From NCBI GenBank assembly GCA_038241955.1, contig JBBSSR010000008.1, positions 55,655 through 119,654 on the forward strand: 64,000 bases of DNA, in the 5' to 3' direction. Source of the DNA: Flavobacteriales bacterium. Its GTDB lineage: Bacteria > Bacteroidota > Bacteroidia > Flavobacteriales > Flavobacteriaceae. The notes beneath the pieces are model-generated. The model was not told where the DNA came from and searched no databases. It saw only the letters and a list, made by a program, of their open reading frames with translations. The translations under genes were made by a program, and so were the position numbers. How positions within the stretch are numbered: position 1 is the first letter of the stretch; each line of letters opens with the position of its first letter. Positions 9,767 through 18,327 of the stretch are shown here, piece after piece.

Positions 9767-10300
9767 TTATAGTTCAGGTGCTAACGGAAAATCGATAGCA
9801 AAACCAGTTAAATTATGAATGTAATTACTAATGATTTTATCACCAACAACAATTACCACATCAATCATATTTACTTCTGTGTAACCTGCTGCAAAAAAAG
9901 CATCTTTTGATTCTTGTGTTGCATTTCCTCTGTTTTGTACAACAGAAGCGGTGAATTTTACCAAAGCGTCCAATTTTGCATCGAATGAAGCATTTCCTTT
10001 TCTTAATTCTAAAACTTGCTCGTCTGTGAAGCCATTCATTTTTCCTAAAACAGTATGTGCAGATTGACAATAACGACAACCATTTATTTGGCTAGTCACT
10101 ATGTTAACCACTTCTCTTTCTTTCGCTTTTAGAGTACTTTTTCTGTTTTGTAACGCTAAATAATCAGCTAATGCAGTTTCATTTTTACCATAATAGGCAT
10201 ATAAATTCGGTACGAAACCTAATGATTTTTCAAGGTTGTCAAAAATAGCTTGATTGGTTTGCGAAACTTCATTTCTTGTTGGGACTGAAAAATTTTCCAT
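9767..10300 (-). CDS. Carboxymuconolactone decarboxylase / AhpD-family peroxidase
   Basis: LGFVPNLY; NGCRYCQSAH (CxxCxxxH) motif. Confidence 0.87.
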   Translation of the reverse strand: MENFSVPTRNEVSQTNQAIFDNLEKSLGFVPNLYAYYGKNETALADYLALQNRKSTLKAKEREVVNIVTSQINGCRYCQSAHTVLGKMNGFTDEQVLELRKGNASFDAKLDALVKFTASVVQNRGNATQESKDAFFAAGYTEVNMIDVVIVVGDKIISNYIHNLTGFAIDFPLAPEL

Positions 10301-10446
10301 GTTTAATTGTTTTAATAGTTGCTAAAAATTGTATCTGAAAAGGAACTTAAAATCGTTCTCTTATTTCTTGGTACAAAGGTGTAGCAAAGCAACCTATTAG
10401 AACTATGCAGTTTTTCCTAATATGTAGGTAATTTTTCCCGAAAATG

Positions 10447-11262
10447 TTATTTCTTGTAGTTGGAAGGAGAAACACCTTCTATTTTCTTGAAAAATCGGCT
10501 AAAAGTTTGAATATCTTCAAATCCGATTTCATAAGCTATTTCTTTGACAGACTTATCCGTGTAATAAAGCAATCGTCTTGCTTCTAACACTTTTCTGTCT
10601 TGAATGATTTGTAATGGTGATTTGTTTCCGTACTTTTTAAAAAGGTTGGAAAGCGTTTTTGGACTTTTATTAAGCAAATTGGCATAATCGACCACTTGAT
10701 GCTTCGTTTTGAAATGGTTCTCGACTAAATAATTGTATTCTCTAACAATGTCTAATTGATTTTTATCGAAACTAGTAAGCTCTGTCTCTTCCTTATAAAT
10801 ACGAGTACAGAGAATTAACAAGCGTTTCAACATCATTTGAAGCATTTCATTTTTCAAATCATCACTAGATTCCATTTCGATAGAAAACATTTTCCACAGC
10901 GTTTCAAACTTTTCTAATTCGGTATCAGGAATGGAAATTTTAGGTAAATGCGATGCTCCAAAAAACAAAATCCCTTTACATCCCACTTCGTTATCATGGT
11001 CCGATATGCAATAAAAAGCTCTATTGAATCGAACTAGTTTTACACTTTCAATTTTAAGTACTTCAATGGTGTGAAATTCGGTTAAAAATAGAATATCATT
11101 GGCTTTGAAATGCCTTTCTACACCATCCAATTTAATTATTAATTCGTCTACAGTCCAAATAACGCTCAAACCCTCCGAAATTTTTTCTTTCAGAAGGTGA
11201 CAATTTAACGAACTTACTTCGTCTAATCGTATAAACTCATTTATTTGACCGGTGTAGAGCAT
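10447..11262 (-). CDS. AraC family transcriptional regulator
   Basis: C-terminal double HTH: YANLLNKSPKTLSNLFKK ... KEIAYEIGFEDIQTFSRFFKK. Confidence 0.9.
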   Translation of the reverse strand: MLYTGQINEFIRLDEVSSLNCHLLKEKISEGLSVIWTVDELIIKLDGVERHFKANDILFLTEFHTIEVLKIESVKLVRFNRAFYCISDHDNEVGCKGILFFGASHLPKISIPDTELEKFETLWKMFSIEMESSDDLKNEMLQMMLKRLLILCTRIYKEETELTSFDKNQLDIVREYNYLVENHFKTKHQVVDYANLLNKSPKTLSNLFKKYGNKSPLQIIQDRKVLEARRLLYYTDKSVKEIAYEIGFEDIQTFSRFFKKIEGVSPSNYKK

Positions 11263-11283
11263 GAATTAATTTATATGTTAAAA

Positions 11284-12279
11284 TTATTTCTGCAAAAGTA
11301 TCGCTGCTTCTTTGGCGAAATAAGTTGAAATTAGACTCGCCCCTGCCCTTTTGATGCATATTAATTGCTCCATCATAATTTTGTCATTGTCTAACCAACC
11401 TCTTTCGACGGCAGCCTTAATCATCGCATATTCTCCTGAAACGTGAAAAACAGTAACGGGAACATTGACTGCGTTTCTTACTTCGCGAACGATGTCTAAA
11501 TAAGCAATTCCAGGTTTTACCATTACCATATCAGCACCTTCTTCAACATCCCAAACGGCTTCCTTTATGGCTTCAATACGGTTAGCATAGTCCATTTGGT
11601 AGGCTTTTTTGTCTTCTGGGACTACAACATCTGCATCTCTCGGAGCACTATCTAAAGCATCTCTAAAAGGGCCATAATTTGCTGAAGCATATTTTGCGGC
11701 ATAACTCATAATACCAACATTATGAAAACCTGCAGCATCCAATCCTTGACGCAAACGCAACACACGACCGTCCATCATATCCGAAGGTGCAACAAAATCA
11801 GCACCCGCCTCGGCGTGAGAAACTGCCATTTTTACTAAAGCCGCTACGGTAGAATCGTTTTCGACATCCCCGTTGGCGATGATTCCGTCGTGACCATATA
11901 TCGAATACGGATCTAAAGCCACATCGGGCATGACAATCATATCGGGACAAGCCGTTTTGATAGCACGAATGGCCTGTTGCATCAATCCATTTGGATTCCA
12001 TGCTTCAACACCCGCGTTATCTTTTAAATCTTCACTAATTTTTACATATATATTTACCGCTCGTATTCCTAAAGCATAAATTTCTTTAACTTCTTTTACC
12101 GTTAGATCTATCGAACGACGAAAAATCCCTGGCATTGATGGAATTGCGACATTTACGTTTTCGCCTTCTGCAATAAACATAGGAAACATAAAATCGGTTG
12201 GACTTAATGTGGTTTCACGAACTAAACTTCTAATGGATTCATTGGTGCGTAATCTTCTACCTCGGTGTAATGGGAACAT
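11284..12279 (-). CDS. hemB: Porphobilinogen synthase (delta-aminolevulinate dehydratase), Asp-rich non-zinc type
   Basis: DVALDPYSIYGHDG, APSDMMDGRV, MVKPG, SGEYAMIKAA. Confidence 0.97.
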   Translation of the reverse strand: MFPLHRGRRLRTNESIRSLVRETTLSPTDFMFPMFIAEGENVNVAIPSMPGIFRRSIDLTVKEVKEIYALGIRAVNIYVKISEDLKDNAGVEAWNPNGLMQQAIRAIKTACPDMIVMPDVALDPYSIYGHDGIIANGDVENDSTVAALVKMAVSHAEAGADFVAPSDMMDGRVLRLRQGLDAAGFHNVGIMSYAAKYASANYGPFRDALDSAPRDADVVVPEDKKAYQMDYANRIEAIKEAVWDVEEGADMVMVKPGIAYLDIVREVRNAVNVPVTVFHVSGEYAMIKAAVERGWLDNDKIMMEQLICIKRAGASLISTYFAKEAAILLQK

Positions 12280-12281
12280 AA

Positions 12282-12383
12282 TTATTTATGATTTTAGATT
12301 GCTGATTAACGATTTAAGATTTAAAACAAATTTGTAGTTTCATAAATCTGAAATCATCAATCGTAGTTTATTTATGATTTTAG
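12282..12383. repeat. 16-bp direct repeat enclosing a GATTTTAGATT-type hairpin
   Basis: ttatttatgattttag at 12282-12297 and 12368-12383; internal aatctgaaatcat is the reverse complement (1 mismatch) of atgattttagatt. Confidence 0.6.
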
Positions 12384-12452
12384 CTCCAGAGGAGTGTAAT
12401 ATTTATAGAATAGTTTTGTGAAATTTAAGTTGAGCTCCAGAGGAGCGACATT

Positions 12453-12911
12453 TTATATGTCTTCGAATAGATATTCATTTTTAAAATCAACATTAAACAA
12501 TTTTAAAAAATCTATATATTCTTCTTTGAATGTTTTTGTCTTGTGATGTTCTTCTTGATTCTCAATGTAATTGATAACATTCGTCAATTGCGAATGACTA
12601 TATGAAAACGCTCCGAATCCTGTTTGCCATTCGAATTTGCCATTAATCCATCCTTTTTCATTAATAAATCTAGAGGAATTTGCTTTGATATCTCTAACCA
12701 AATCTGATAATGCTTTATTAGGTTTCAATCCAATTAAAACGTGAACATGATCAGGCATCCCATTTATGGCAATTAATTTTTGGCCTTCATTTATAATAAT
12801 TCCCGTTATATATTTAAATAATTCATCTTTCCAATTATTGGAAATCAAATTTTGCCTGCCTTTGACAGCAAAAACAATTTGAATGTATATTTGAGAATAG
12901 GTATTTGCCAT
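12453..12911 (-). CDS. tnpA: IS200/IS605-family Y1 (HUH) transposase TnpA, RAYT-like
   Basis: HUH motif DHVHVL, WQTGFGAFS, catalytic Tyr in YIENQEEHH; 152 aa. Confidence 0.9.
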   Translation of the reverse strand: MANTYSQIYIQIVFAVKGRQNLISNNWKDELFKYITGIIINEGQKLIAINGMPDHVHVLIGLKPNKALSDLVRDIKANSSRFINEKGWINGKFEWQTGFGAFSYSHSQLTNVINYIENQEEHHKTKTFKEEYIDFLKLFNVDFKNEYLFEDI

Positions 12912-12926
12912 ATTAATATACGTATG

Positions 12927-13101
12927 AATATTACGCTCCTGTGGAGCTCTACTGCTATTACTACTTATTTTCTATAAATATAGCGCTTCTCTGAAGCTCA
13001 AATGAATACGTAAAATTATTTTTCTATAAGTATAACGCCTCTATGAACCTTAAACAAATCAATCGGATTTTCTATTCTATAACTATAGCGCTTCACTTAA
13101 G
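12927..13101 (+). repeat. Tandem array of four REP-like repeats, ~50-53 bp period, different spacers
   Basis: Copies at 12927-12948, 12970-12999, 13022-13050, 13075-13101, increasingly degenerate away from tnpA. Confidence 0.7.
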
Positions 13102-13103
13102 AT

Positions 13104-14006
13104 TTAAATCCAATCAATCGGATTTTCTAATACTTGAATTAATTTCTCTTCTTCACTTCCAGCTTCTGGATGATGGTCGTAAACCCATTGCACATGAGGT
13201 GGTAAAGACATCAAAATACTCTCGATTCTTCCGTTGGTTCTTAAACCGAATAAAGTTCCTTTGTCATGAACTAAATTGAATTCTACATATCGACCACGAC
13301 GTATTTCTTGCCATGTTTTTTGTTGTGGATTATAAGGCAGTTCTTTTCTTCTTTCTACAATAGGAACATAAGCTTCTAGAAAACTATTGCCGACTTCTGA
13401 AACAAAGTTAAACCAATTTTCCATGCTCATCTCTTCTGTTGCTTTGCAATAGTCAAAAAACAAACCACCTATTCCACGAGCTTCAAGGCGATGTGCGTTC
13501 CAGAAATAAGAATCACATTGTTTTTTATATTTTGGATAAAAATCAAAATTGTGCTTGTCGCAAGCGGTTTTGCACGTTTGATGAAAGTGTTTTGCATCTT
13601 CTTCGAACAAATAATAAGGTGTTAAATCTTGTCCGCCACCAAACCACTGTTGGATAACATTCCCGTTATCATCATACATTTCGAAATAGCGCCAATTCGC
13701 ATGTACAGTAGGCACCATCGGACTTTTAGGATGAATAACTAAACTCAATCCGCAAGCAAAAAAATCAGCTTCACCTACACCAAACATTTTTTGCATTGCT
13801 TCAGGTAATTTACCGTGAACAGCCGAGATATTCACTCCGCCTTTTTCAAAAACTTTTCCGTTCTCAATGACGCGCGTTCTTCCGCCACCACCTTCTGGGC
13901 GTTCCCAAAGATCTTCTTTGAATTTGGCTTCGCTATCAACAGCTTCTAATCCTGCGACGATTTGGTCTTGCAGGTTTTGTATGTAGGTGTAAAATTTATT
14001 TTTCAT
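13104..14006 (-). CDS. hemF: Oxygen-dependent coproporphyrinogen III oxidase
   Basis: GGGRTRV, FEKGGVNIS, VPTVHANWRYF, RRGRYVEFNLVHDKGTLFGL. Confidence 0.97.
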   Translation of the reverse strand: MKNKFYTYIQNLQDQIVAGLEAVDSEAKFKEDLWERPEGGGGRTRVIENGKVFEKGGVNISAVHGKLPEAMQKMFGVGEADFFACGLSLVIHPKSPMVPTVHANWRYFEMYDDNGNVIQQWFGGGQDLTPYYLFEEDAKHFHQTCKTACDKHNFDFYPKYKKQCDSYFWNAHRLEARGIGGLFFDYCKATEEMSMENWFNFVSEVGNSFLEAYVPIVERRKELPYNPQQKTWQEIRRGRYVEFNLVHDKGTLFGLRTNGRIESILMSLPPHVQWVYDHHPEAGSEEEKLIQVLENPIDWI

Positions 14007-14015
14007 CTATTTGTG

Positions 14016-14163
14016 TTTATTTCAATTGAAATAAAATGTTTAAAAATGTTTAAAAGTATTTAAAAGTATTTAAAGAAAAGTGGCGGTTTGTGGCGGTTTG
14101 TGGCGGTTTTTATTTATTTAAAGGTGTGTAAAGCGTTTAAACGTATTTAAAAGCGTTTAAACG
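14016..14163. repeat. 20-bp perfect palindrome followed by 10-bp-period tandem repeats
   Basis: tttatttcaattgaaataaa (14016-14035); TAAAA(t/g)... 10-mers 14041-14070; GTGGCGGTTT x3 (14080-14109); aagcgtttaaacg x2 (14131-14143, 14151-14163). Confidence 0.8.
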
Positions 14164-16160
14164 ATTTGCCAATAATAACCGGGAGTATTTATAATCTTAC
14201 CTTCCATTCTTAAAGCAGATAAATAATTAGTGACTTTGTTTCTTTTTTTGTCTTCCGAAAGAACCATTGATAATTTTGGGATAATTAAATTATCAATTTT
14301 ATCTCGTTTTGTTTTTCCCCATTTTTTGAGATATTCAATAATCATTTTCTTAAAATGAGCATCATCAAAACTTCGATTGGCTAAATATTCAGCTTGTAAA
14401 CCTTCATCATTTGTAGATTCAACAATTTTGAATGACAAATAGCTATTGGGTCTTCGGCCTTCTATATATTTCAATTTTCTTAAATGTTTAGACTCTTCTT
14501 CAGAAATCTCTTTTTGTTTTTGAACTTTGTCCAATAGAATAATTTCATCTAAACCTAAATCCGCATTTTGGATAATAATTTTAGCAAAATTTTCATCTAA
14601 AATCTTCCCCGTAATCGTTACTTTAACTTTATTATCATTAAAATCATAATCTGGTAAAGGGAAAAAGCGTTGTTTTTGAAAATTGAATATTTTTCGAATA
14701 CCTCCGCCTTGTGTTTCAATCATATCCAAGTTTTTCATCGCTTCAACTAAAAATGGATTACGATATACTTCCTCTGGAGTGTCATTCAAAACCACATCTT
14801 CGACTGATTTTGGTAAAAAAGAACCGTAATTAGAAAAAACTAAATGGTCATCTTCAAATTCAACAACATTAATTCTTGCACCTTTTGAATAATCTTGATG
14901 CGCAATAGCATTGTTTAATGACTCTCTAATATTGAATGGCTCATATCGCAAAACTTCATCTGGGAATAAAGTCCCATCACGTAAATAACGGTATTTTAAA
15001 TTTCTGATTTTTTTATAAACCTCATCAACAGACAACAAAAGAGGAATGGAGAAAATCTCAAAATCTTTATCTTGATTATCAAGTGTTTTTAGATTCCATC
15101 TGATTTTTACAGAGGAATCTAAAAAATGTTCTGATTGATCTTTACCTAAAAGGATCAAAGCAGTTCTGGTAATTTTTTCTTTTATAGTGAGTTTGGCTTT
15201 GTTAAGAAAATCGATTGTATTCCAATTATCTACTTCTTCAGAATATTTAGGATTTCTTTTTTTAAACTCTATTTTAGCTTTTTGTATTGCATTTTCATCT
15301 AAATCGTCAATTGTAGCCTCTTTGATAATGACTTTGGACCAATCTTCATTGATTTGGACTTGAGTTAATATAGCATCCAATCTGGCTTTGGTCATTTCAA
15401 CCAAATTATCATCTATTCTTTGCCATGTTTTTTTATGTGCATAAACGGGTAATCTGAATTGATGTTTTGGGATATGAAAAATCCAAACGGTTTTATTTGT
15501 GTCTGATGAAATAATTTCTTCAATTTTAAAAAGATCTGAATTTAAATTTAAACAATTACCAATAATTCGAAACTTAATATTTTCAATCGAATAGTCTGCA
15601 AATTCTTGAATTCCAACAACGGCATGTGTTTTGTCTTGAATCCCAATTATTAAATTACCACCCTGCATATTGGCGATAGCAGAAATATACGAAATAATAT
15701 CATCACCAGTTCTGCCAGAAACAGCACTTTTTAAAGACTTAAACTCTTTCCATTCGCATTTTTCATTCTCGATTGGAAAGTTAGTTTTTAAATAATTATG
15801 TAATTCGTTTTCAAGGACAGCATTTGTAACCAAGCCTTTTCCTTCGGAATTCCCTCCGATACAATAGGCGAATTCTCCTATTTTTGTTTCCCAATTAATC
15901 TTCTTAAGAATAATCAAACCAACAATGTCTTGAGAATTTATTGCTCTGATTGCAAAAGTAAAGTTTGTTCTGTCTTGAATTTCTTTGTTCTTAATTGTAA
16001 TATATTCTGTAGATTTTTCAGTTGTTATATTACTCGAAAGTGTAACTGGAAAGAATCTACTAAACCGTTCACTATTCTCAAAAATAAACTGATGCAACTG
16101 ATTTGCATCGGATGGTTTCAATTTATCAATAATGAAATTCTCATTTAGTATCATTTCCAT
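14157..16160 (-). CDS. Chimeric protein: truncated RimJ/RimL-type GNAT (aa ~1-115) fused to Schlafen/AlbA_2 + HATPase_c_4-like + winged-helix protein
   Basis: GNAT part: IVGLIILKKINWETKIGEFAYCIGGNSEGKGLVTNAV. Then ENEKCEWKEFK...SAIANMQGGNLIIGIQD (AlbA_2) and RESLNNAIAHQDY...RNPFLVEAMKNLDMIETQGGGI (HATPase_c_4-like). Its ATG overlaps the upstream stop (TAATG). Confidence 0.8.
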   Translation of the reverse strand: MEMILNENFIIDKLKPSDANQLHQFIFENSERFSRFFPVTLSSNITTEKSTEYITIKNKEIQDRTNFTFAIRAINSQDIVGLIILKKINWETKIGEFAYCIGGNSEGKGLVTNAVLENELHNYLKTNFPIENEKCEWKEFKSLKSAVSGRTGDDIISYISAIANMQGGNLIIGIQDKTHAVVGIQEFADYSIENIKFRIIGNCLNLNSDLFKIEEIISSDTNKTVWIFHIPKHQFRLPVYAHKKTWQRIDDNLVEMTKARLDAILTQVQINEDWSKVIIKEATIDDLDENAIQKAKIEFKKRNPKYSEEVDNWNTIDFLNKAKLTIKEKITRTALILLGKDQSEHFLDSSVKIRWNLKTLDNQDKDFEIFSIPLLLSVDEVYKKIRNLKYRYLRDGTLFPDEVLRYEPFNIRESLNNAIAHQDYSKGARINVVEFEDDHLVFSNYGSFLPKSVEDVVLNDTPEEVYRNPFLVEAMKNLDMIETQGGGIRKIFNFQKQRFFPLPDYDFNDNKVKVTITGKILDENFAKIIIQNADLGLDEIILLDKVQKQKEISEEESKHLRKLKYIEGRRPNSYLSFKIVESTNDEGLQAEYLANRSFDDAHFKKMIIEYLKKWGKTKRDKIDNLIIPKLSMVLSEDKKRNKVTNYLSALRMEGKIINTPGYYWQIV

Positions 16161-16540
16161 TATGAATTAGCTTTTGCAGAAGCAATTTTACTACTAATTC
16201 CAAACGAAAAAGTCTTGCTTTCTGATTGAATGTAATTGTAAACAGCTATTCCTTTTGGTATAAAATCATATTGACTATCTTTCGAAAAAGTAATCAAAAA
16301 ATCAGCAAATAGTTCTAACTGATTCCAATCCAAATGAAGAGTTTGTAAATGAAGAATCAATTCTTCTTCTTTGAAATTGTCTAGACTTTCGATATTCATC
16401 GCCAAATCTTTTAAATCATTTTCAAGGTAAAGTAGATCTTCTAAATTCCAAAATTTAGGTACATAAACCAATGACATCAATTTTTTGAGAGTGTTGTCTA
16501 TTCTAATACTTTCTTGGTCTCTTAAGCCTTTGTTTAGCAT
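16160..16540 (-). CDS. Hypothetical protein (hem operon)
   Basis: 126-aa ORF in operon between hemE and the GNAT start; its stop overlaps the downstream ATG. Confidence 0.75.
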   Translation of the reverse strand: MLNKGLRDQESIRIDNTLKKLMSLVYVPKFWNLEDLLYLENDLKDLAMNIESLDNFKEEELILHLQTLHLDWNQLELFADFLITFSKDSQYDFIPKGIAVYNYIQSESKTFSFGISSKIASAKANS

Positions 16541-16547
16541 GTTATTT

Positions 16548-16597
16548 GAGTTTTCAGTCGCAGTCGCAGTTTTCAGATAAAACTGAAAACTGTTACT
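16548..16597. repeat. Short CAGTCG/CAGTTTTCAG hairpin repeat directly after the hemE stop
   Basis: gagttttcagtcgcagtcgcagttttcag-ataaaa-ctgaaaactg. Confidence 0.5.
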
Positions 16598-17621
16598 AAT
16601 TTCCGTATTCCTTCACCGCGTCAATGAATGCCTTAGCGTGATCAACAGGAATATTAGGTAAAATTCCATGACCCAAGTTTACGATGTATTTGTCTTTACC
16701 AAATTCGTCAATCATTTCGTGAACTAATTTCTTGATTACAGGAATTGGAGATAACAATCTTGAAGGATCGAAATTACCTTGTAAAGGAATTTTTCCACCC
16801 GATAAATATCTTGCATTTGTAGGTGAGCAAGTCCAATCTACTCCTAAAGCAGAAGCACGGCTCTTGCCCATTTCGCCAAGAGCAAACCAACATCCTTTTC
16901 CGAAAACAATTACTGGAGCATCATCTGCCAATGCTTCCACAATTTGATTGATGTATTTCCAAGAAAACTCTTTATAATCAGCTGGAGATAACATCCCGCC
17001 CCAAGAATCAAAAATCTGAACGGCATCTACACCCGATTTTACTTTTTCTTTTAGATATAAAATAGTCGTATCTGTGATTTTTTGCAATAAAACATGTGCT
17101 GCCTCTGGATGTGAAAAACAAAACCCTTTTGCTTTATCAAAACTTTTAGAACCTTGACCTTCTACAGCATAACACATGATTGTCCATGGCGAACCTGCGA
17201 AACCAATTAATGGAACCTCATCATTCAACATTTGTTTGGTTAATTTGATCGCTTCAAAAACATATCCTAAAGTTTCATGTACATCAGGAACAATTACTTT
17301 TTCTACATCTTGAATCGTACGAATAGGATGTGGAACAAAGGGTCCAAAATTTTCTTTCATTATGACGTCAATTCCCATTGCTTGAGGAATTACCAAAATA
17401 TCTGAAAACAAAATTGCCGCATCGGGTGCAATTCTACGAATGGGTTGTACCGTAATTTCTGCAGCTAATTCAGGCGTTTGACAACGAGTGAAAAAATCAT
17501 ATTTGTCGCGCAAAGCAATAAATTCAGGCAAATATCTTCCTGCTTGACGCATCATCCAAACTGGTGGGCGTTGTACTGTTTCTCCTTTTAGTGCTCTTAA
17601 AAATAAGTCGTTCTTAATCAT
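16596..17621 (-). CDS. hemE: Uroporphyrinogen decarboxylase
   Basis: [37 protein letters not shown]. Confidence 0.97.
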   Translation of the reverse strand: MIKNDLFLRALKGETVQRPPVWMMRQAGRYLPEFIALRDKYDFFTRCQTPELAAEITVQPIRRIAPDAAILFSDILVIPQAMGIDVIMKENFGPFVPHPIRTIQDVEKVIVPDVHETLGYVFEAIKLTKQMLNDEVPLIGFAGSPWTIMCYAVEGQGSKSFDKAKGFCFSHPEAAHVLLQKITDTTILYLKEKVKSGVDAVQIFDSWGGMLSPADYKEFSWKYINQIVEALADDAPVIVFGKGCWFALGEMGKSRASALGVDWTCSPTNARYLSGGKIPLQGNFDPSRLLSPIPVIKKLVHEMIDEFGKDKYIVNLGHGILPNIPVDHAKAFIDAVKEYGN

Positions 17622-17625
17622 GTCT

Positions 17626-18327
17626 TTAAATTTTAGCTTGTGGCTCGATACTTTCCGTATTATAATAGTCTAAAACTTCCGTAACAACAGAATCGATTGT
17701 TGGTATTTGGGCAATTACAATGTTTTTAACTTTGCTTAATTCTAATGCTTTTGCGGTCGTATTGCCTATGCAAAAACAAATTTCTTTTTTAATTTTGTTA
17801 TTTTTTAAATAACTTTCAATGGCCGATGGACTAAAAAACAGAACTCCATCAAATTTTTCCTGATCTGATATTTTGAAAGGTGCTAATGTGGTTTGATAAA
17901 CTTCTATTTCATTAAATATTATTCCTGCACTTTTTAAAGCATTTGGTAACGTTTCCATTCGTAAATTTCCGCTTAAAAAGGTATAAGTTTCCTTATTGTA
18001 TATTAAAGTAATTATCTCCGCTAATTCGGATGCATAATCCATGTACACGTCAACTTTAAAACCATTATGTTCAAGTAAATCTTTTGTTTTAATTCCTACA
18101 CAAAAGACTTTTTTGGTTTTAAGGATTTCCCAACCGTTTTGTTCCATTAAACTTAACACCGCATTTTGGCTACTAAAAATCAAATTATCATTGATTTTAT
18201 TTAATTCAAAAAGGTTGTTTTTAATTTCGATAAAATCTTGTTCTAAAAGATCAAAATTAGCATCAAGGAATGCTTGTCTTTGTTCTGCTGACAATGTTTT
18301 GGTTGATAAAATACTTATTTGGCTCAT
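17626..18327 (-). CDS. hemD: Uroporphyrinogen-III synthase
   Basis: [32 protein letters not shown]; located between hemC and hemE. Confidence 0.9.
   Translation of the reverse strand: MSQISILSTKTLSAEQRQAFLDANFDLLEQDFIEIKNNLFELNKINDNLIFSSQNAVLSLMEQNGWEILKTKKVFCVGIKTKDLLEHNGFKVDVYMDYASELAEIITLIYNKETYTFLSGNLRMETLPNALKSAGIIFNEIEVYQTTLAPFKISDQEKFDGVLFFSPSAIESYLKNNKIKKEICFCIGNTTAKALELSKVKNIVIAQIPTIDSVVTEVLDYYNTESIEPQAKI

Larger units (their letters stand above)
12382..13101. mobile_element. REP-flanked stand-alone Y1 transposase unit (IS200-like / RAYT REPtron-like)
   Basis: tnpA with 2 repeat copies on the left (12382-12410, 12432-12456) in inverted orientation to 4 copies on the right (12927-13101); no tnpB. 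Confidence 0.75.

Noticed and set aside
12927-13101. CRISPR array
   Set aside because: Repeats are degenerate, only four copies, also present as inverted copies elsewhere, and there are no cas genes. A REP-type array fits better.
12453-13101. IS605/IS200 element with TnpB or IscB and an omega-RNA
   Set aside because: No second ORF: hemF begins right after the repeats.
15800-15830. Separate internal start or programmed frameshift for the AlbA_2 gene
   Set aside because: The nearby ATG (aatgctg) is out of frame, the frame is continuous with the GNAT part, and no slippery site is evident.
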